Part shown: positions 1-7,580 of the stretch, one piece after another
Layout of the letters: each line of letters begins with the position of its first letter
Position numbering within the stretch: position 1 is the stretch's first letter
NCBI GenBank assembly: GCA_031274855.1
Contig: JAISPO010000012.1
Location: 1-36,186, forward strand
From: Zoogloeaceae bacterium
GTDB taxonomy: Bacteria > Pseudomonadota > Gammaproteobacteria > Burkholderiales > Rhodocyclaceae
Direction of reading: 5' to 3'
DNA: 36,186 bases
Translations under genes and position numbers: made by a program
Notes under the pieces: model-generated
Told to the model about the DNA's origin: nothing
The model's database searches: none
Seen by the model: only the letters and a program-made list of their open reading frames with translations

Positions 1-1
1 G

Positions 2-652
2 CTGCTCTCGGGCGCGGCTTATGCGCTTTCGCTCAATCAGCTTACGAACAAGGATGCGACTGATGGTCTCAAGGAGGCATTGACTCAGGGCGCGGGCAAG
101 GCGGTTGATCTGCTCGGCAAGGAAAATGGTTTTCTCGGCAACCCGAAGGTGCGGATTCCCTTGCCGGAGAAGTTCGAGAAGGTGGGCAAGACGATGCGTA
201 CCTTCGGTATGGGCAAACAGGTCGACGAGTTGGAGACTAGCTTCAACCGCGCCGCAGAAGCTGCTGTGCCGGAGGCGAAGAAGCTGCTGGTCGATTCGAT
301 TAAGCAGATGTCCGTGCAGGATGCCAAAGGTGTCCTGACCGGCGGCGACAATGCGGCCACCGAATATTTCCGCCGCACGACTTCCGCGCCGCTGAGCGAC
401 AAGTTTCGGCCCATCGTGCAGCAGGCGATTGCCAAGGTAAAGCTGGCCGAGCAGTACGACAAGTTTGCCGGCAGCGCCGCCAAGTTCGGGTTGATCAGCA
501 AGGAAGACAGCCAGTTGGATAACTACGTCACCAACAAGGCGCTCGATGGCCTGTATCTGATGATCGCGGAGGAGGAAAAGGCGATTCGTCAGGATCCGGT
601 CGGCGCTGCCGGCAAGCTGGCGCAAAAGGTGTTTGGCGCGTTGCGCAATTAA
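2..652 (+). CDS. DUF4197 family protein (5' end cut by window edge)
   Basis: The frame is open from nt 2 with no upstream stop. The translation LLSGAAYALSLNQL..DGLKEAL..GNPKVRIPLPEKF..NRAAEAAVPEAK..KVFGAL matches my recollection of the secreted/lipoprotein-like DUF4197 family. The TTG at 80 in the ORF track is internal. Stop is TAA 650-652. Confidence 0.6.
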   Translation: MLSGAAYALSLNQLTNKDATDGLKEALTQGAGKAVDLLGKENGFLGNPKVRIPLPEKFEKVGKTMRTFGMGKQVDELETSFNRAAEAAVPEAKKLLVDSIKQMSVQDAKGVLTGGDNAATEYFRRTTSAPLSDKFRPIVQQAIAKVKLAEQYDKFAGSAAKFGLISKEDSQLDNYVTNKALDGLYLMIAEEEKAIRQDPVGAAGKLAQKVFGALRN

Positions 653-661
653 GGGCTTCAC

Positions 662-2650
662 TTGCGGCAGGGACTCAACCCGCAACAGCGGGAGGCTATC
701 CGTTATCTCGACGGGCCGTTGCTGGTGCTAGCCGGCGCGGGCAGCGGCAAGACGCGCGTGATTACCGAAAAGATTGCCTGGCTGATCGACGAGTGCAAAA
801 TCGCGCAGCAGAACATTACGGCCATTACCTTCACGAACAAGGCCGCGAAGGAGATGAAGGAACGCGCCGCCAAGCTGGTTGGCAATCGCGGCGAGGGCCT
901 CAACATCTCGACCTTTCATGCGCTCGGCGCGCGCATTCTGCGCACGGAAGCGCGTTACGCCGGCCTCAAGCCCGGTTTTTCCATTCTCGACGCCTCGGAC
1001 GCGGCGCAGCTTTTTCAGGAAATGTTGAAGGATGCCGACAAGCTGCGCATTCGCATGATCCAGCAGCGCATTTCGCTCTGGAAGAACGCCGTGATCGGCC
1101 CCGATGAAGCCGCGAGAATTGCCGAAGACGATCTGGCCGCAGGCGCGGCCAAGGTTTACGCGGAATACGAACGCACGCTACGCGCTTATCAAGCGGTGGA
1201 TTTCGACGATCTGATCCGCCTGCCGGTGCTGCTGTTCGAGAATCACGATGAGGTGGCGAATCGCTGGCGCAGCCGCATCTGGCATTTACTGGTCGACGAG
1301 TATCAGGATACCAACCGCTGCCAGTACCGGCTGATGAAACTGCTGACCGGCGCGAGAGCGAGCTTTACCGCCGTCGGCGATGACGACCAGTCGATTTACG
1401 GCTGGCGCGGCGCGGACAGCGAAAATCTGCAACTGCTGCGCGGGGAATATCCGGCGCTCAAAATCATCAAGCTCGAACAGAATTACCGCTCGACCACGCG
1501 CATTCTCGCCGCCGCCAACGCGCTGATTTCGCACAATCCCAAACTGTTCGAGAAGAAACTCTGGTCGGACAAAGGCCACGGCGACATGATCCACATCGCC
1601 GCCTGCCGCGATAACGATCACGAAGCCGAGTGGGTGAGCGCGCGCTTGCAGGCGCATCGGCTGGAGCATCGCGGCAAGTGGAGTGATTACGCCATCCTCT
1701 ATCGCGGCAACCATCAGGCCCGCGCCTTCGAGGAGCAGTTGCGGGCGCAGAAAATTCCCTATGTGCTTTCGGGCGGCCAGTCATTTTTCGACAAGGCCGA
1801 AATCAAGGACATCACCTGTTACCTGCGCCTGCTGGCGAATCAGGATGATGATCCCGCCTTCATCCGCGCCGTCACCACGCCCAAGCGCGGCATCGGCGGC
1901 ACGACGCTGGAGGCGCTCGGCGTGGCTGCCGGACGGCGGCATCAAAGCCTGTTCGCCGCCATTTTCGCGGCGGGTCTCGAAACTGAAATCGCCACCAAAC
2001 CGCACGCAGCGTTGCGCGAGTTCGGTAACTTCATCAACCGCATTCAGCTTCGCGCCGGCAAGGAACCGGCGGGGCAGGCGCTGAACGATTTGCTTCGCGC
2101 CATCGGCTACGAGGCTTGGCTTTTTTCGACGCACGACCCCAAAGAGGCCGAGGGCAAGTGGCGCAACGTGCAGGACTTCGCCGAGTGGCTGGGCGACAAA
2201 GGGGCCGAGGAGAACAAGGGGTTGATCGAACTCGCGCAATCCGTCGCGCTCGCGTCCATGCTCGACAAGCAGGACAAGGAGCAGGATGCCGTGCAGCTTG
2301 CCACCCTCCATGCCGCCAAGGGTCTGGAATTCCGCCACGTCTTTCTGGTCGGCGTCGAGGAGGGCTTGTTACCGCATCGAGAATCCATCGACGCGGCCAA
2401 GCTGGAGGAGGAACGGCGTCTGATGTATGTCGGCATCACGCGCGCGCAAATGAGCCTGACCGTCACCTGGTGCGAAAAGCGCAAACAGGGCCGCGAAATA
2501 CTGACGCGGGAAATTTCGCGCTTCATCGACGAAATGGGCGAAGACCTGAAACGCACCGGCGGAAAATCGGCCACCCCCGCGCCCGAAGACAAAGCTGCCG
2601 GCCGCGCCCGCCTCGCCCAGTTCAAGGCACTGCTGGCGGGCGGGAAGTAA
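662..2650 (+). CDS. rep: ATP-dependent DNA helicase Rep (UvrD/Rep superfamily 1)
   Basis: 661 aa after TTG 662. Motifs: LNPQQREAIRYLDGPLLVLAGAGSGKTRVIT (Walker A), LLVDEYQDTN, VGDDDQSIYGWRGA, KLEQNYRS, LATLHAAKGLEF, YVGITRA. Colinear with E. coli Rep end to end and of similar length. Confidence 0.9.
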   Translation: MRQGLNPQQREAIRYLDGPLLVLAGAGSGKTRVITEKIAWLIDECKIAQQNITAITFTNKAAKEMKERAAKLVGNRGEGLNISTFHALGARILRTEARYAGLKPGFSILDASDAAQLFQEMLKDADKLRIRMIQQRISLWKNAVIGPDEAARIAEDDLAAGAAKVYAEYERTLRAYQAVDFDDLIRLPVLLFENHDEVANRWRSRIWHLLVDEYQDTNRCQYRLMKLLTGARASFTAVGDDDQSIYGWRGADSENLQLLRGEYPALKIIKLEQNYRSTTRILAAANALISHNPKLFEKKLWSDKGHGDMIHIAACRDNDHEAEWVSARLQAHRLEHRGKWSDYAILYRGNHQARAFEEQLRAQKIPYVLSGGQSFFDKAEIKDITCYLRLLANQDDDPAFIRAVTTPKRGIGGTTLEALGVAAGRRHQSLFAAIFAAGLETEIATKPHAALREFGNFINRIQLRAGKEPAGQALNDLLRAIGYEAWLFSTHDPKEAEGKWRNVQDFAEWLGDKGAEENKGLIELAQSVALASMLDKQDKEQDAVQLATLHAAKGLEFRHVFLVGVEEGLLPHRESIDAAKLEEERRLMYVGITRAQMSLTVTWCEKRKQGREILTREISRFIDEMGEDLKRTGGKSATPAPEDKAAGRARLAQFKALLAGGK

Positions 2651-2682
2651 TTCTATTTTTCATTCATTAACTTTTGCTCTTT

Positions 2683-2778
2683 CCCCGTCATTCTGCGCGT
2701 GGCGAAGCGAAGTCGCAGAATCCATAGACAACATGGACGCTGCGACTGCGCGCAGCATGACGTGAGAATGGGATGGGG
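2683..2778. repeat. REP-like nested palindromic element, copy A (rep/purU convergent spacer)
   Basis: GTCATTCTGCGC (2687-2698) can pair with CGCAGAAT (2714-2721) or with GCGCAGCATGAC (2750-2761, 11/12). Outer CCCC...GGGG. About 70% identical by eye to copy B at 4368-4450: shared CGTCATTCTGCGC, CGCAGAATCCA, ACATGGA, GCGACT. Confidence 0.65.
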
Positions 2779-2810
2779 AATGTAATGAAATATGAATGGA
2801 ATAAGAGGCT

Positions 2811-3671
2811 CTAACGGAAGACGATCGTCTTGTTGCCGTGCACGAGAACACGGTCTTCGAGGTGGTAGCGCAGACCGCGGGCCAGCACGGTTTTCTCAAT
2901 GTCCTTGCCGTAGCGGATCATGTCGTCGGGCGAATCCGAGTGGTCGATGCGGATGACATCCTGCTCGATGATCGGGCCTTGATCGAGTTCGGTGGTGACG
3001 TAGTGGCAGGTCGCGCCGATCAGTTTGACGCCGCGCTGATAGGCTTGGTGATACGGCTTCGCGCCGGCGAAACTGGGCAGGAAGCTGTGATGAATGTTGA
3101 GAATGCGGCGCGGATAAACATCGCACAACTCAGACGGCAAAATCTGCATGTAACGCGCCAGCACAATGGTGTCGGCGCGGGCCGCGTCGATCAGGCGGCG
3201 CACTTCGGCATAGGCCGCCGGTTTGTTGTCCGGCGTGACCGGCACTTGATGGAACGGAATGCCGTGCCACTCGACGAAACCTTTGAAGGTATCGTGATTC
3301 GAAATCACACAGGGGATTTCGATGTCGAGTTCCTTCGACTGCCAACGCGCCAGCAGGTCGTAGAGGCAATGTTCCTGTTTGGAAACCAGCATGACGACGC
3401 GCTTCTTGACGGCGCTGTCGGTGATTTGCCAGTCCATGCGCAACTCATCGGCAACCGGCTGAAAACGCTGACGCAGTTCGGTCAGCGCGAAGGGCAGCGA
3501 ATCCGCCTTGACCTCAATGCGCATGAAATACTGACCAACCTCGTCGTCGGCATGGAAGCTCGATTCGAGTATCCAGCCACGATGCTCGGCGAAGAAACCG
3601 GTGACGCGGGCGATGATGCCGGTGCGATCCGGGCAGGACGCCGTCAGCGTGTAATAACGGTCACGATGCAT
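2811..3671 (-). CDS. purU: Formyltetrahydrofolate deformylase
   Basis: ACT-like N-terminus (YYTLTASCPDRTGIIARVTGF) plus formyltransferase core (NIHHSFLPSFAGAKPYHQAYQRGVKLIGATCHYVT..LDQGPII), colinear with E. coli PurU. I place the start at ATG 3671 (MHRDRYY, 286 aa). The 40 extra codons of the 326-aa ORF are Arg/Ser-rich and overlap thrH. Confidence 0.9.
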   Translation of the reverse strand: MHRDRYYTLTASCPDRTGIIARVTGFFAEHRGWILESSFHADDEVGQYFMRIEVKADSLPFALTELRQRFQPVADELRMDWQITDSAVKKRVVMLVSKQEHCLYDLLARWQSKELDIEIPCVISNHDTFKGFVEWHGIPFHQVPVTPDNKPAAYAEVRRLIDAARADTIVLARYMQILPSELCDVYPRRILNIHHSFLPSFAGAKPYHQAYQRGVKLIGATCHYVTTELDQGPIIEQDVIRIDHSDSPDDMIRYGKDIEKTVLARGLRYHLEDRVLVHGNKTIVFR

Positions 3672-3672
3672 G

Positions 3673-4281
3673 TCAGAGCGTCTGCGCGGCGTCGTCGATG
3701 GCGGCGCGCAACTCGGCATAGGTATTGGTGACGCGGAACTGCGGAAACTCGCGGATGACCTTCTCCGGCGCATGGAACAGAATGCCCGCATGGGCCTCGC
3801 CGAGCATGGCCGTATCGTTGTAGGAATCGCCGGCGGCGATCACCTTGAAATTGAGTTCCTTGAAGCGCCGCACCGATTCCTTTTTCTGGTTCGGCATTCG
3901 CAGATGGTAGTTAACGACGACGCCATTGGCATCCGCTTCCAGCTTGTGACAGAACAGCGCCGGCATCCCAAGTTGGCGCATCAAGGGCATGGCGAATTCG
4001 TAATAGGTATCGGAGAGGATGATGACCTGATAATCCTCGCGCAACGCATCGAGAAACTGCCGCGCGCCGGCTAGCGGCCCCATGCCGGCAATGACCTTCT
4101 GAATATCGGGCAGGCCGAGCCTGTGCTGCGCAAGCAGCGCCAGCCGGTAGCGCATCAACTTGTCGTAATCCGGCTCGTCGCGCGTCGTTCTGCGCAACTC
4201 GGGAATGCCGGTACGCTCGGCAAACTCGATCCAGATTTCCGGAACCAGCACGCCCTCAAGATCAAGACAAACGAGTTGCAC
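3673..4281 (-). CDS. thrH: ThrH-type HAD phosphatase (phosphoserine phosphatase / homoserine phosphotransferase)
   Basis: 202 aa. CLDLEGVLVPEIWI (HAD motif I DxD-like), AAGDSYNDTAMLGEAHAGILFHAPEKVIREFPQF and overall colinearity with P. aeruginosa ThrH as I recall it. GTG start at 4281. Stop TGA 3673-3675 is 1 nt from the purU ATG. Confidence 0.75.
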   Translation of the reverse strand: MQLVCLDLEGVLVPEIWIEFAERTGIPELRRTTRDEPDYDKLMRYRLALLAQHRLGLPDIQKVIAGMGPLAGARQFLDALREDYQVIILSDTYYEFAMPLMRQLGMPALFCHKLEADANGVVVNYHLRMPNQKKESVRRFKELNFKVIAAGDSYNDTAMLGEAHAGILFHAPEKVIREFPQFRVTNTYAELRAAIDDAAQTL

Positions 4282-4317
4282 GGCAGCACCCCAAAGTTGA
4301 AAAACGCGATTTTACGC

Positions 4318-4360
4318 GCTACAGGCTACAGGTTACAGATTTCAGGATACAGGGTTTCAG
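4318..4360 (+). repeat. Tandem heptamer array, left (6 units, consensus GNTNCAG)
   Basis: GCTACAG GCTACAG GTTACAG ATTTCAG GATACAG GGTTTCAG. Lies 37 nt upstream of the thrH start. Shares the exact 14-mer CAGGATACAGGGTT (4343-4356) in inverted orientation with 5632-5645. Confidence 0.75.
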
Positions 4361-4367
4361 CAACCTG

Positions 4368-4450
4368 CCTCGTCATTCTGCGCAGAGCAAAGCATAACCG
4401 CAGAATCCAAACGCCACATGGATTTCGCGACTACGGGCAAGACGAGGGTG
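4368..4450. repeat. REP-like nested palindromic element, copy B
   Basis: Outer stem CCTCGTC (4368-4374) / GACGAGG (4441-4447). Inner stem ATTCTGCG / CGCAGAAT. Homologous to copy A. Sits directly inside the left heptamer array. Confidence 0.65.
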
Positions 4451-4504
4451 CCTAACGCCCAAACTCGGCCACCGCTCTGATACAGCTACCGAGTACCGAA
4501 GCGC

Positions 4505-5497
4505 CTAGTTTTGCGCCTCGCTAACGACATTGGGCCTGTCACAACCAGCACGTTTAATGTTGTATTCATAGCGGCCGAAGTCCCAAGTGCGGTTAATTCT
4601 TCGCTCGTTCAACGCGGTACGTCGACCGTTGGGATTCTCAATGACACCATCACCACGCTCGAAACTGCGCATCTCGGCAACATCAGCATCGTCGTCTTGG
4701 CGCAACCGTTTCAGTCCTGCCAGCAACTCAGCACAGGAAAAGTTGAGCCGCTCCTTGCCCCGCGGCTCCACAAGACCGTCGGCCAGTTTGAAGAAGTATT
4801 CGCTACGCTCAATGTAGTGTTTTGTGTAGGGGTGATCGGGCAACGCCATTACCGTGGCAAGGTCGACTGTGATTTTGGTTCTCTCCTCGTCGTCAATTTC
4901 TCCCCCATCCTCTGCTTTTTTGATTAGGGGTTCCAAGGTTTTCAATAATAGCTGCACTCCGTCAACGGCGAGAGTCCGGTCGTAATACTTGCACTGATCC
5001 AGTTCAATCGGGTACATGCGATCATGGTATCGATCGTTTCCCCTTATATGCTCCGCATGGAGACGGTATTCATAATATCGACTGACTTCTTCCCTGCATT
5101 GGGCCGAGGTCTTGCCGCTATTTTTGCCACCACCCCAGCTTTGCTTGACATGTGGCGGGGTAAAGTGTTCGTCCACATAGTTGAAGCAGCCATACCGTTC
5201 CAAAATGTCCTGCCAAGTCTTGCAGTCTTCATGCTTGCTGATGGCCTCTTTCTCAGCACGCTCGTATCCGACGAGGACGGAATGGCTGGACTTATTGATA
5301 CGTCGGCCATCCTTGCCGTAATAGACCGGCTCCTCAACGACCGCAACGGCTGGCGGCTTCGGCAGGTGAACTCCCGCAAGCCACAGCATAATGACGGGTG
5401 AGTACCGAAAGAGTTCAAACAGGGCGACACCGATCAAAATGGCTCGCAAAATGCGGAATAAACCGGGCGTCTTTGTTTCACGCATGGGGGGATCCAT
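4505..5497 (-). CDS. Hypothetical membrane-anchored protein (orphan, low GC)
   Basis: 330-aa ORF (alternative ATG at 5485, MRETK). Basic N-terminus followed by a hydrophobic stretch (LFRILRAILIGVALFELF..VIMLWLAGV), then a charged soluble part with six Cys. Hand-counted GC is about 45-57% per 60-nt line versus 62-67% in flanking genes. I recognise no family motif. Confidence 0.6.
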   Translation of the reverse strand: MDPPMRETKTPGLFRILRAILIGVALFELFRYSPVIMLWLAGVHLPKPPAVAVVEEPVYYGKDGRRINKSSHSVLVGYERAEKEAISKHEDCKTWQDILERYGCFNYVDEHFTPPHVKQSWGGGKNSGKTSAQCREEVSRYYEYRLHAEHIRGNDRYHDRMYPIELDQCKYYDRTLAVDGVQLLLKTLEPLIKKAEDGGEIDDEERTKITVDLATVMALPDHPYTKHYIERSEYFFKLADGLVEPRGKERLNFSCAELLAGLKRLRQDDDADVAEMRSFERGDGVIENPNGRRTALNERRINRTWDFGRYEYNIKRAGCDRPNVVSEAQN

Positions 5498-5574
5498 TCC
5501 AGAATGTGTTTTCAGGCCGAGCTACATATAAACAAGCTATCTTGAAGAAAGCAGTGTCGTCTAACTTGTAAATG

Positions 5575-5602
5575 CTTGTCAATCCTGATCGGGAATGACA
5601 AG
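5575..5602. repeat. Perfect 7-bp hairpin CTTGTCA-N14-TGACAAG (minimal REP-like copy C)
   Basis: CTTGTCA 5575-5581 and TGACAAG 5596-5602. On the minus strand it reads CTTGTCATTCCCG, resembling the CCTCGTCATTCTGCG start of copies A and B. It occupies the same position relative to the right heptamer array as copy B does to the left array. Confidence 0.55.
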
Positions 5603-5607
5603 GGGAA

Positions 5608-5649
5608 CTGAACTCTGTACCCTGACCCCTGAACCCTGTATCCTGTCAC
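5608..5649 (-). repeat. Tandem heptamer array, right (6 units, inverted relative to left array)
   Basis: Minus strand reads GTGACAG GATACAG GGTTCAG GGGTCAG GGTACAG AGTTCAG. The array ends 1 nt before the ATG of the DUF475 gene. Confidence 0.75.
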
Positions 5650-5650
5650 T

Positions 5651-6673
5651 ATGACACCTTGGCACTCCCGTTTCATTGGCGCCGGTATTTTCTGCGTCAT
5701 CGCATTGGTCCTCGGCTACTTTGTGGGCGGGTGGACGGCGGTGGCGACGGTTGTTTTCCTGAGCGTACTGGAAATATCGCTGTCTTTTGACAATGCCGTC
5801 GTGAATGCCGGTGTTTTGTCCGGTTGGGGCGACAAGTGGCGCCGCCGCTTTCTGACCTGGGGCATTGTGATTGCGGTGTTCGGTTTGCGCTTCGCTTTTC
5901 CGGTGGCGGTGGTTGCCATTGCGACCGGCATCGGGCCGGTCAAGGCCATTGATCTTGCGTTCAACGACCCGGCCGAATATGGCCGCGTGCTGGGCGCTGC
6001 CCATCATCAAATCGCGGCTTTCGGCGGTGCCTTCCTGATGATGGTTTTCCTGAGTTTCTTCGTTGTCCGTCACAAGACGGATCATTGGCTGGGGGCGCTT
6101 GAGCGGCCATTGTCGCGTCTGGGCAAGCTGGAATCGATTGAGGCCGCGCTGGCGCTGTTTGCTGTGCTGGCGGCGTCCTGGCTGATTGCCGATCCGGTTC
6201 GGCAAGGCGAGTTCGTCGTGGCCGGCATCTGGGGCGTGGTGTTGTTCATCGTGGTCAAGGGGCTGTCCGCCCTGATCGGCGGCGAGGAAGAGTCGGTTCA
6301 TGAGCGGGCAGTCAAACAGGGCGCAGCCGGTTTTCTGTATCTGGAACTGCTGGATGCCAGTTTTTCCTTCGATGGCGTGATCGGCGCTTTTGCCATGACG
6401 CACGATCTCGTTATCATTGCGCTGGGCTTGGGCGTGGGCGCGATGTTTGTGCGCAGCTTTACCCTGCTGCTGGTCGAACGTGGCACGCTGGATACTTACC
6501 GCTATCTCGAACATGGCGCTTTCTGGGCAGTCGGCGCGCTGGCGGCCATCATGCTTTGGGGGGTTGAATTTCACATTCCAGAAGCCATAACAGGATTTTT
6601 GGGCGCGCTGCTGATCGTTCTGGCGCTCGGCAGTTCGATACGCGCCAATCGCAAATCGGCGCAAGCCTCATGA
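5651..6673 (+). CDS. DUF475 / TerC-superfamily integral membrane protein
   Basis: 340 aa, multi-pass hydrophobic. The signature [17 protein letters not shown] is repeated later as [17 protein letters not shown], typical of DUF475/TerC-like proteins. The start is uncertain because there is no SD (see findings). Confidence 0.65.
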   Translation: MTPWHSRFIGAGIFCVIALVLGYFVGGWTAVATVVFLSVLEISLSFDNAVVNAGVLSGWGDKWRRRFLTWGIVIAVFGLRFAFPVAVVAIATGIGPVKAIDLAFNDPAEYGRVLGAAHHQIAAFGGAFLMMVFLSFFVVRHKTDHWLGALERPLSRLGKLESIEAALALFAVLAASWLIADPVRQGEFVVAGIWGVVLFIVVKGLSALIGGEEESVHERAVKQGAAGFLYLELLDASFSFDGVIGAFAMTHDLVIIALGLGVGAMFVRSFTLLLVERGTLDTYRYLEHGAFWAVGALAAIMLWGVEFHIPEAITGFLGALLIVLALGSSIRANRKSAQAS

Positions 6674-6695
6674 TGCAAGCAAGGAGAACCCCGTA

Positions 6696-7568
6696 ATGAA
6701 AAGCGCCGCCCTCGTGGTCGCCACTAACTTCGCCGTCATGGTGGTGCTGTCGATTGTCGCCAGCCTGCTTGGCGTTGATCGCTTTCTGACAGAGAACGGA
6801 CTCAACCTTGGGGCGTTGCTGGTCTTTTCCGCGATTTTCGGTTTCGGCGGCGCGCTCATTTCGCTGCTGATGGCCAAGATGATGGCCAAGAGGAGCACCG
6901 GCGCGCGGGTGATCCAAACCCCGCAAAACAGCACCGAGTCCTGGCTGTTGGGAACCGTCAACCGTCAGGCCATGGCCGCTGGTTTTACCATGCCCGAAGT
7001 CGCCATCTACGAGGGCGCGCCCAATGCCTTCGCCACCGGCGCCAGCAAGAACAAGTCGCTCGTCGCCGTTTCCACTGGCCTCCTGCAAAGCATGAGCAAG
7101 GAGGAGGTTGAAGCCGTGCTGGCGCATGAGGTCAGCCACATCGCCAATGGCGACATGGTGACCATGACACTGATTCAGGGCGTGGTGAACACCTTTGTCT
7201 TTTTCCTCTCGCGCGTGGTCGGCTTTCTGGTCGACTCTTTCCTGCGCCGTGGCAGCAGCAACAACTCCGGCCCCGGCATTGGCTATCACCTGGCCGTAAT
7301 CGTCTGCCAGGTTGTTTTCGGTTTCCTCGCCAGCTTCATCGTCACCTGGTTCTCGCGCCAGCGCGAGTATCGCGCCGACGCAGGCGCGGCCAGTCTGGAA
7401 GGCGGGCCGAACAAAATGATCGCCGCCCTGCGGCGCTTGGGCGGCCTGCATCCCGAGGCCCTGCCGTCGAACATGGCGAGCTTTGGCATTGCCGGAAAAA
7501 TCGGCAGCCTGCTGGCCACGCATCCGAGCATTGAAGATCGTATCGCGGCCTTGCAAAGCCGGCGTTAA
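6696..7568 (+). CDS. htpX: Zinc metalloprotease HtpX (M48 family)
   Basis: 290 aa. [51 protein letters not shown] (HExxH), [12 protein letters not shown]. Colinear with E. coli HtpX. AAGGAG RBS 6 nt upstream of the ATG. Confidence 0.92.
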   Translation: MKSAALVVATNFAVMVVLSIVASLLGVDRFLTENGLNLGALLVFSAIFGFGGALISLLMAKMMAKRSTGARVIQTPQNSTESWLLGTVNRQAMAAGFTMPEVAIYEGAPNAFATGASKNKSLVAVSTGLLQSMSKEEVEAVLAHEVSHIANGDMVTMTLIQGVVNTFVFFLSRVVGFLVDSFLRRGSSNNSGPGIGYHLAVIVCQVVFGFLASFIVTWFSRQREYRADAGAASLEGGPNKMIAALRRLGGLHPEALPSNMASFGIAGKIGSLLATHPSIEDRIAALQSRR

Positions 7569-7580
7569 CGGGTGGCCACC

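Noticed and set aside
3130-3138. 9/10 match to the reverse complement of the neisserial DNA uptake sequence (TCAGACGGC).
   Set aside because: It is a single imperfect copy inside purU. Uptake sequences are diagnostic only when highly over-represented.
3672-3791. 326-aa version of purU starting at 3791.
   Set aside because: It would overlap thrH by 119 nt, and the extension (MRAFCSMRRRRSSASFRSS...) is not PurU-like. ATG 3671 gives a canonical 286-aa protein.
4318-4360. Heptamer arrays as CRISPR, telomere-like repeats, G-quadruplex or phase-variation tracts.
   Set aside because: There are no spacers and the units are only 7 nt, so they are not CRISPR. The units are imperfect, so slipped-strand phase variation is unlikely. 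Only three GGG runs occur on one arm and none on the other, so a G4 is not supported. The resemblance to TTTAGGG-type repeats is superficial.
4440-4460. Integron attC-like core: GCCTAAC (RYYYAAC; reverse strand GTTAGGC = GTTRRRY) next to palindromic element B and downstream of the orphan gene.
   Set aside because: A degenerate 7-mer is expected by chance in a 200-nt spacer. Its order relative to the gene is wrong for an attC (the GTTRRRY-type core comes first). The same palindrome family occurs in the rep/purU spacer without a cassette, and there is no intI or attI in the window.
5579-7556. Long antisense ORFs (5579-6664, 361 aa; 6549-7556, 335 aa). Similar ones occur at 9846-11195, 23739-25163, 27665-28885, 34906-35964 and 35030-36031.
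   Set aside because: All lie opposite genes with strong family signatures and have low-complexity Arg/Gly/His/Gln/Ala-rich translations. Stop-poor antisense frames are expected at this GC content, and nothing suggests overlapping genes.
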